A DNA stretch of 62,698 nucleotides, counting the filler, from Gonapodya sp. JEL0774 (lineage: Eukaryota), in assembly GCA_027604505.1 (NCBI GenBank). It is 12 parts of 12 records of this genome, joined end to end, with 100 filler letters (N's around TTAATTAATTAA, not from the genome) between each part and the next. Parts side by side here need not be neighbours in the genome. Positions count along the whole stretch, not along the records: positions 57,591 to 62,698 come from JADIIX010000786.1; 11 more parts are not named here. One strand, 5' to 3'. Shown one piece after another: positions 57,633 through 62,698 of this stretch. The notes beneath the pieces were generated by a model. The model made no database searches and was not told the DNA's origin. It worked only from the letters and a program-made list of their open reading frames with translations. A program made the translations under genes and the position numbers. Position 1 is the stretch's first letter, and each line of letters begins with the position of its first letter.

Positions 57633-60254
57633 TCACGCCAACGTCACCTCCCCCTTCCCCCCACTTCCCCCCTCCACCAGCGTCGCCGAGCTCTCCGCCG
57701 CATCCTCTGCCTTTGTCCTCCCATACGCCCTCCTAAACTTGTCGTCGACCTGCTGAATGTAATACGTGCCCGGAAACAACCCGTCCAACCCGCCCTGTGG
57801 CACGTAGGCCTTCAAGTTGTGGCTATGTTCCCTGAGCTTCATGGTGGCGTCGAAGTCGGCCGGCGGGACCACGGTCCGAGAGGCAAGGCGGGCACGGACC
57901 TGCAGGGCCGTGTGCATGGCGGTCGGGGCCGACGCGAACCGCAGGGAGAACATGGACGAGGCGAGGCCAGAGCCGTAGGAGAAGAGGACGACGCGTTTGC
58001 CCACCTGGGGGAGGTTGAGGGTGGGGGGGGGGGGGGGGGGGTGTGTTGGAAGCGAGGAGGGCATCCGCCCGGTATAAAACCAACCNNNNNNNNNNTCACC
58101 CCGTCTCACCTTGGCAGGGCGGCGCCCCCTCTCTGGGGCTAGTTGACCCTGTGCCTGCCCCCTGGGGGTGGGGTGGCTGGGGGGGGGGGGGGGGGGGGGG
58201 GTTTGTTCGACGCGTCGTGTCAAGCCACGTATTTACAATAACTCGCCCTCCACCCCCCCTTCTCCGCCCCTCTTCCCTTTTTACCCACCAACTTGTCCGG
58301 CTCCACCTCACTAATCAACGTGGCGAGCCCCCCGTACAGGGACCCGGTGTACATGTTTCCCATCTCGCGCGAGGCCAAGAGGGTCGGGTCCACCTTGGCC
58401 AAAAACGCCTCCTTGGTCGCGGCCACAAAGGTTTTTTCTAGGTCCTTGTCGAAATACGTGTCGTCCACTTTCATGGTCTGGAGGGCGTGGGGGGGTGGGT
58501 GGGGGGGGCGGGGGGGGGGGGCAGGGGCAGCGCCGAGGACGTGCGCCCGGTCTGGCCCCGGCCCGGCGTCNNNNNNNNNNCTGACGGCGTGTCTCGGGGG
58601 CGTTCTGATTTTTTTTTTGTTTATCTGTCTGTCTCCCCGTCTGCCTGCCCTTGGTGTTGGGTGGGGGGGGGGGTGGGGGCTGCCGCCGGGCGGGCGGGGG
58701 GTGTGTGCATGGTCAGCGACGAGGACGTGCGCACGGTCTTGCACCGACCCTGCTTCCTTCCACCCATCCCCCCCAACCCCACTCCCACCCCCGGGCACCG
58801 CTCCCCACCTTGAACCTCTCCACATCGCCCAACTTGTTCCACTTATCGGGCCTGTCCGACCTCAAGAGGTCGTTGAAGGCCAAGCGCGCGAACGACTTTT
58901 GGACAAGCTTGCCGTACGGCGAGTGGAAGCAAAAGTAGTCGAACGTGTCCACGGTGGCGGATTTGGGGGGGAGCTGGAGGTTTGGGGGGGGGGGGGGGGG
59001 GGGGTTTGGTGGCATGGGGTGGTGGGTAAGGGGGGTGGGGAAAGAAGGAAAACAAACGGACCCGAGACGCGGATCAGGAACGAGGTACGAGGCACGAATC
59101 CCCCCGAAACCCCCAAAACCCAAACCCCCGCGCTTTCCCCCCCTTCCACCCCCCCACCCCCCCGTTCCGATTGTACCCACCCGTATCCACCACCAGGTCC
59201 GCCTCAGCGCCGACCAACATTGCCACACACCCCGCGCCTCCCGTGGGCCTTGCCGCTCCAGAGGCGTAGACCGCGATATCCCCCGCGACCACGATGGCGT
59301 CCCGACCGTCCCACCCGTCGCTCTGGACCCAATTCACGGCGTTGAAGAGGGCGTTGGTGCCCCCGTAACACGCGTTGGTGGTGTCCACGCCTTCGATTTC
59401 CGTGTTGTGGGGGGCGAAGAGAGACATGAGCACAGTCTTGACGGATTTGGACTTGTCCACCAGGGTCTCGGTGCCTACTTCGAGGCGGCCGATGGAGGTG
59501 GGGGGGATGGAGTAGGTGGTGAGGAGGCGGTGGACGGCTGGGTAAGGTGTGGTGGGGTCGGGGCGGGGTGTCGGGGGGTCGGGGGGTGGGGGGGGTGGGA
59601 GGAGGGGGGTTTAGGGTGTGACAAGACATCACGAGACACGGGAGAGCGTCGAGAGAGTCAGTCAGTTGTGCATGGCGGGCGAGTGGGGATGTGCGGCCAA
59701 CCCCCGCAACACAGACGCAAGGTCTTTATAAGACCAACAGTCCATATGGCCTCGAGCCATATTTGAACCATCTCCATATCTCCATATCTCTCAATATCTC
59801 CCTGACACGCTCGAGAGATGCCCAACTCCAACTCACCGGTCAAGCACACGGAATTGATATCCTCCCTATCGTCGACAAAGGCCATTCTGTGCTGTCCCAG
59901 GCCGACCGTGTACTTTCCAGTACTGACGCCGTCAAACTGTTCGAGGGAAGATTGGTCGACGCACTTTTGGGGTGGGAAGGAAGGAGAGGGTGGGGGTGGG
60001 TGTGGAAGGTAGGGAGGGTTAGTGTCAATTGGTCCCATCCGGCCCATATGGACCGCCCAAGTTCAATCGCCTCCGGCGGACTGTGCCGGTCGCTGACGCT
60101 TGGGCGGCTGGTCGCATATGAGCGTTACCTTTTTGGGGATGTAAATCTCGATGGCCTTGATGCCCACGTTTTTTGGACGTGGGCGGGAGGAGGGTGAGGG
60201 GATGGGTGCATGGACTGGGGAAGGGGGGAGGTGTTGGTGTTGGTGAGGTGCCAT
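57633..60254 (-). CDS. ERG13: HMG-CoA synthase, multi-exon, with small assembly gaps
   Basis: [87 protein letters not shown]. Confidence 0.95.
60022..60120 (-). repeat. Hairpin-forming element in ERG13 intron 1 (copy A)
   Basis: GCCCAAGCGTCAGCGACCGGCACAGTCCGCCGGAGGCGATTGAACTTGGGCGGTCCATATGG...ACCAATTGACAC, nearly identical to 61347-61418. Confidence 0.85.
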
Positions 60255-61098
60255 TTATATTTGAGGAGAGAGGAATGGAGCTGAGAGGAGTGAGGAGGGG
60301 AGAGGAGAGAGAGGAGAGAGAAGGGAGAGAAGGGAGAGGGGAGAGGGGGAGAGGTGTAGTAGGAGGAAGAGAAGGAAGGGGAGAGGGGCAGGAGGGAGAG
60401 TGGATGAGAGAGTGGGGATCAATGGCGATGGCACAAGAATTGGAATGATGGGAATGATACGAACAGAAGGAGGCTGAAAGATTGAGTGGAGAGTGGAGAG
60501 GGTTAGGGAAACAGGAGAATGAGAGTTGATAATGAAGAGGCAACGAGGGAGTTTGGCGACTGAGATTTGAGAGAGTTTGAATCGCGAGAGAGAAGAGAAG
60601 AGGGGGAGCGTGAAGAGAGATTGAGAGAAGAAGGGGGCAAGAAAGCACAAAAGCCAGGGAGAGAAATGGGGGAGTTTTGGAGTTTGTGGCCCCCAGCAAG
60701 CGAGGCGAGGGGGTGCTGCCATGCGCAGGTGGGGAGGAGGAGCTGGGGACCCTCCATGGGCGAAGCGGCTGTGGTCACTCATCCCGCTCACTCACACTCA
60801 GACTCCCAAGACTCTCGCACAGTCCCCACACAAAAAAGAATGAAATCTATTGAAATCTGACATTAAATATGTCAAGATGGATCCCCTGCAGAGTGCACAT
60901 TTCAAGTCCAAATTTGTATGAGAGTCCGTGTGGGCAGTTCAGTTCCCCCTTGACTCACTTGCACCCCCAATCAACTTCGCCCACTCCCCTCCTTCCATCA
61001 CCCCCAACTCTCCCCATATTCTCCCACTCCCCCACCCGCACCACCCCACACTCCCATTTTCCCCTTCAATTCCCTCTCACTCCCCCGCTCATCATCCA

Positions 61099-62698
61099 AT
61101 GGCAGACCTCATCGCTCGCTCAATCCAAGTGATCGCCTCTCTCTCCCCGTCAGCGAAACTCGCACTCGCAGTCCTCTCCCTCCTCCTTATCCTACAGCTC
61201 TTTTTTTCTGGAAATCCCAAACACAAGGTAAATCAGAGCGTGCGTGGGCGAGTGAATCAGAGCGAGCGTGAGCGAGGACCCATGGGCCCGAGGCGAATGA
61301 TCCAGCGCGAGCCGAAGATATGGGCCGAGCCGCCAGGCGAGGCCCTCGCCCAAGCGTCAGCGACGGGCACAGTCCGTCGGAGGCGAATGAGTTTTGGCGG
61401 TCCATATGGACCAATTGAACCTATGAGCGGTTCATGTGGACTCTATGGACCAATTGACACCCTATGAGAGGTCCATGTGAACTATTGGACTTTCCGATCA
61501 TGCGTCAGCGAGATGGTCCATCGGAATGAATTTACATTTGGAAATTTACCATAGGGAATTACCCTTTTGAATTCAAGGAAAATTTCCCTTTTGAATTGAT
61601 GTCCACTCCAAACCCATAACCCCATAACCGCTTACGTGGTACCTCGTACCTTGAACGGGGAACGGGGAACGGCAGGAGGGGCTGCTGCTCCGTAGTGGGG
61701 TTGGGGACTCTGGGGTGATGTGATGTCCACTCCAAACAAAACCCATATAACCAACCAATCTCTCCCCCTCTCCTCCCTCTCCCGCTCACAACCCCCGCCC
61801 ACGCGCGCAAACCCCCTTTCTTTAGTCCCTCCACCTCCCCCCGCTCATCCCCCACACCATCCCCTTTGTGGGCTCCATGCTCGATTTCGGACTCAGGCCG
61901 CTCGACTTTGTCGTCGAGAGTAGGAAGAAGGTGGGGGTTTTTGCCGGCGGTGTTTGTTTGGGGGAAGGTTGGGGGGAGGACGGGGGTGTGTGTGGGTACA
62001 AAAGGAAGGCCGCTGGCGGCTGGAGGGGCCGTTGGTCTTTGTGGGGCGCTGGTGGATGGGATGGTGAAGTGGATGGGTGGGCCGTGGGTTGGGTGGTGTG
62101 AAGTGGAGGGGTGTAAATTGGCAGGGAAGGGAGGGGAAGGGAACGGGAGGGGAGGGGACGGAAGGGGAGAGGACACGAAGAGCGCCTTACCCATTAATGG
62201 TACTTAACCTCTCCACCCCCACCCCCCCCCCCCCCCGGCCCCTCAAAGTCCGGCGACGTCTTCACCTTCCACTTCTTTGGCGGCCGGAGGCCGGTCCTCC
62301 TGGGCCCCGACGGCAACGACTTCTTTTTCAACGTGCGCACACAAGACGCCAACGCCGAAATGGCGTACAAGTCGCTCACCGTGCCGGTGTTTGGACCGGA
62401 TGTGGTCTATGATGTGGAGAATGGAGTGCTTATGGAGCAGAAGAAGTGGGTTGCGGAGGGGGGGGAGGGGGGGGGTAAGGGGGTTAAGGGGTAAAGGGGG
62501 GACTGGGGGAATGGGGGAAAGGGGTAAAGGGGTAAAGGGGTAAAGGGGTGAAGGGGGAAAGGGGGTAAAGGGGGGGAGGGGGGTAAAGGGTAAAGGGCTA
62601 AGGCCGTCAGCGAGCCGGATCCAACCACCGTCCGACCCACTTGCGCCGAGTGGAGTCTGACCCTACTTCCGCCCTGCCCCCCCCGCCCGCGCGGGGCC
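61099..62698 (+). CDS. ERG11: Sterol 14-alpha-demethylase CYP51, first three exons (3' truncated)
   Basis: Exons 61099-61227 (TM anchor), 61826-61930 (PPLIPHTIPFVGSMLDFGLRPLDF...RKK) and 62249-~62445 (GDVFTF...LGPDGNDFFFN...AYKSLTVPVFGPDVVYDVEN..LMEQK). The ORF track does not show this gene. Confidence 0.93.
61347..61418 (+). repeat. Hairpin-forming element in ERG11 intron 1 (copy B)
   Basis: CGCCCAAGCGTCAGCGACGGGCACAGTCCGTCGGAGGCGAATGAGTTTTGGCGGTCCATATGGACCAATTGA. Confidence 0.85.
62458..62598 (+). repeat. GGGGTAAA-type G-rich tandem repeat in ERG11 intron 3
   Basis: ggggtaaaggggtaaaggggtaaagggg and variants. Confidence 0.85.

Noticed and set aside
58520..58760. Near-duplicate GAGGACGTGCGC...GGTCT segments around a 10-N gap in ERG13
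   Set aside because: Probably the same intron sequence assembled twice with errors beside homopolymer runs.
59658..62640. Long Pro/Gly-rich ORFs in the ORF track
   Set aside because: They are translations of G/C-tract introns and promoter sequence. The real coding exons are ERG13 and ERG11.

Overview
This is not one locus. It is 12 unrelated eukaryotic contigs of about 5.1 kb, sorted by decreasing length and joined by an artificial 100-nt linker (44 N + TTAATTAATTAA + 44 N). Contigs: 1-5157, 5258-10408, 10509-15657, 15758-20906, 21007-26154, 26255-31396, 31497-36625, 36726-41852, 41953-47068, 47169-52282, 52383-57490, 57591-62698. Spliceosomal introns and gene content indicate a fungus, probably an early-diverging zoosporic (chytrid/monoblepharid-like) lineage; this is inferred from the TKL-Sel1, plant-like LRR and ankyrin families. 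Housekeeping genes: RIB1, COX12, COA6, a probable complex I subunit, HSP20 with a heat-shock element, SET, DUF1295, MFS transporters, a Cys/Met PLP enzyme, DLD1, two DUF427 genes, DERA, DIL-ankyrin, and ERG13 with ERG11. Mobile DNA: nested Copia and chromoviral Gypsy debris, a LINE with intact ORFs, a decayed hAT transposase and a hAT MITE. The best candidate for an undescribed system is contig 3, a possible innate-immunity cluster: a TKL kinase with near-identical, site-specifically variable Sel1 repeats, then an intronless giant-virus-like gene, then an MLKL-like N-terminal domain fragment. Second is the head-to-head ERG13/ERG11 pair, whose first introns share a hairpin element and whose introns are G-rich at the 5' end and C-rich at the 3' end. 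All domain calls come from motif recognition by eye, not from database searches.
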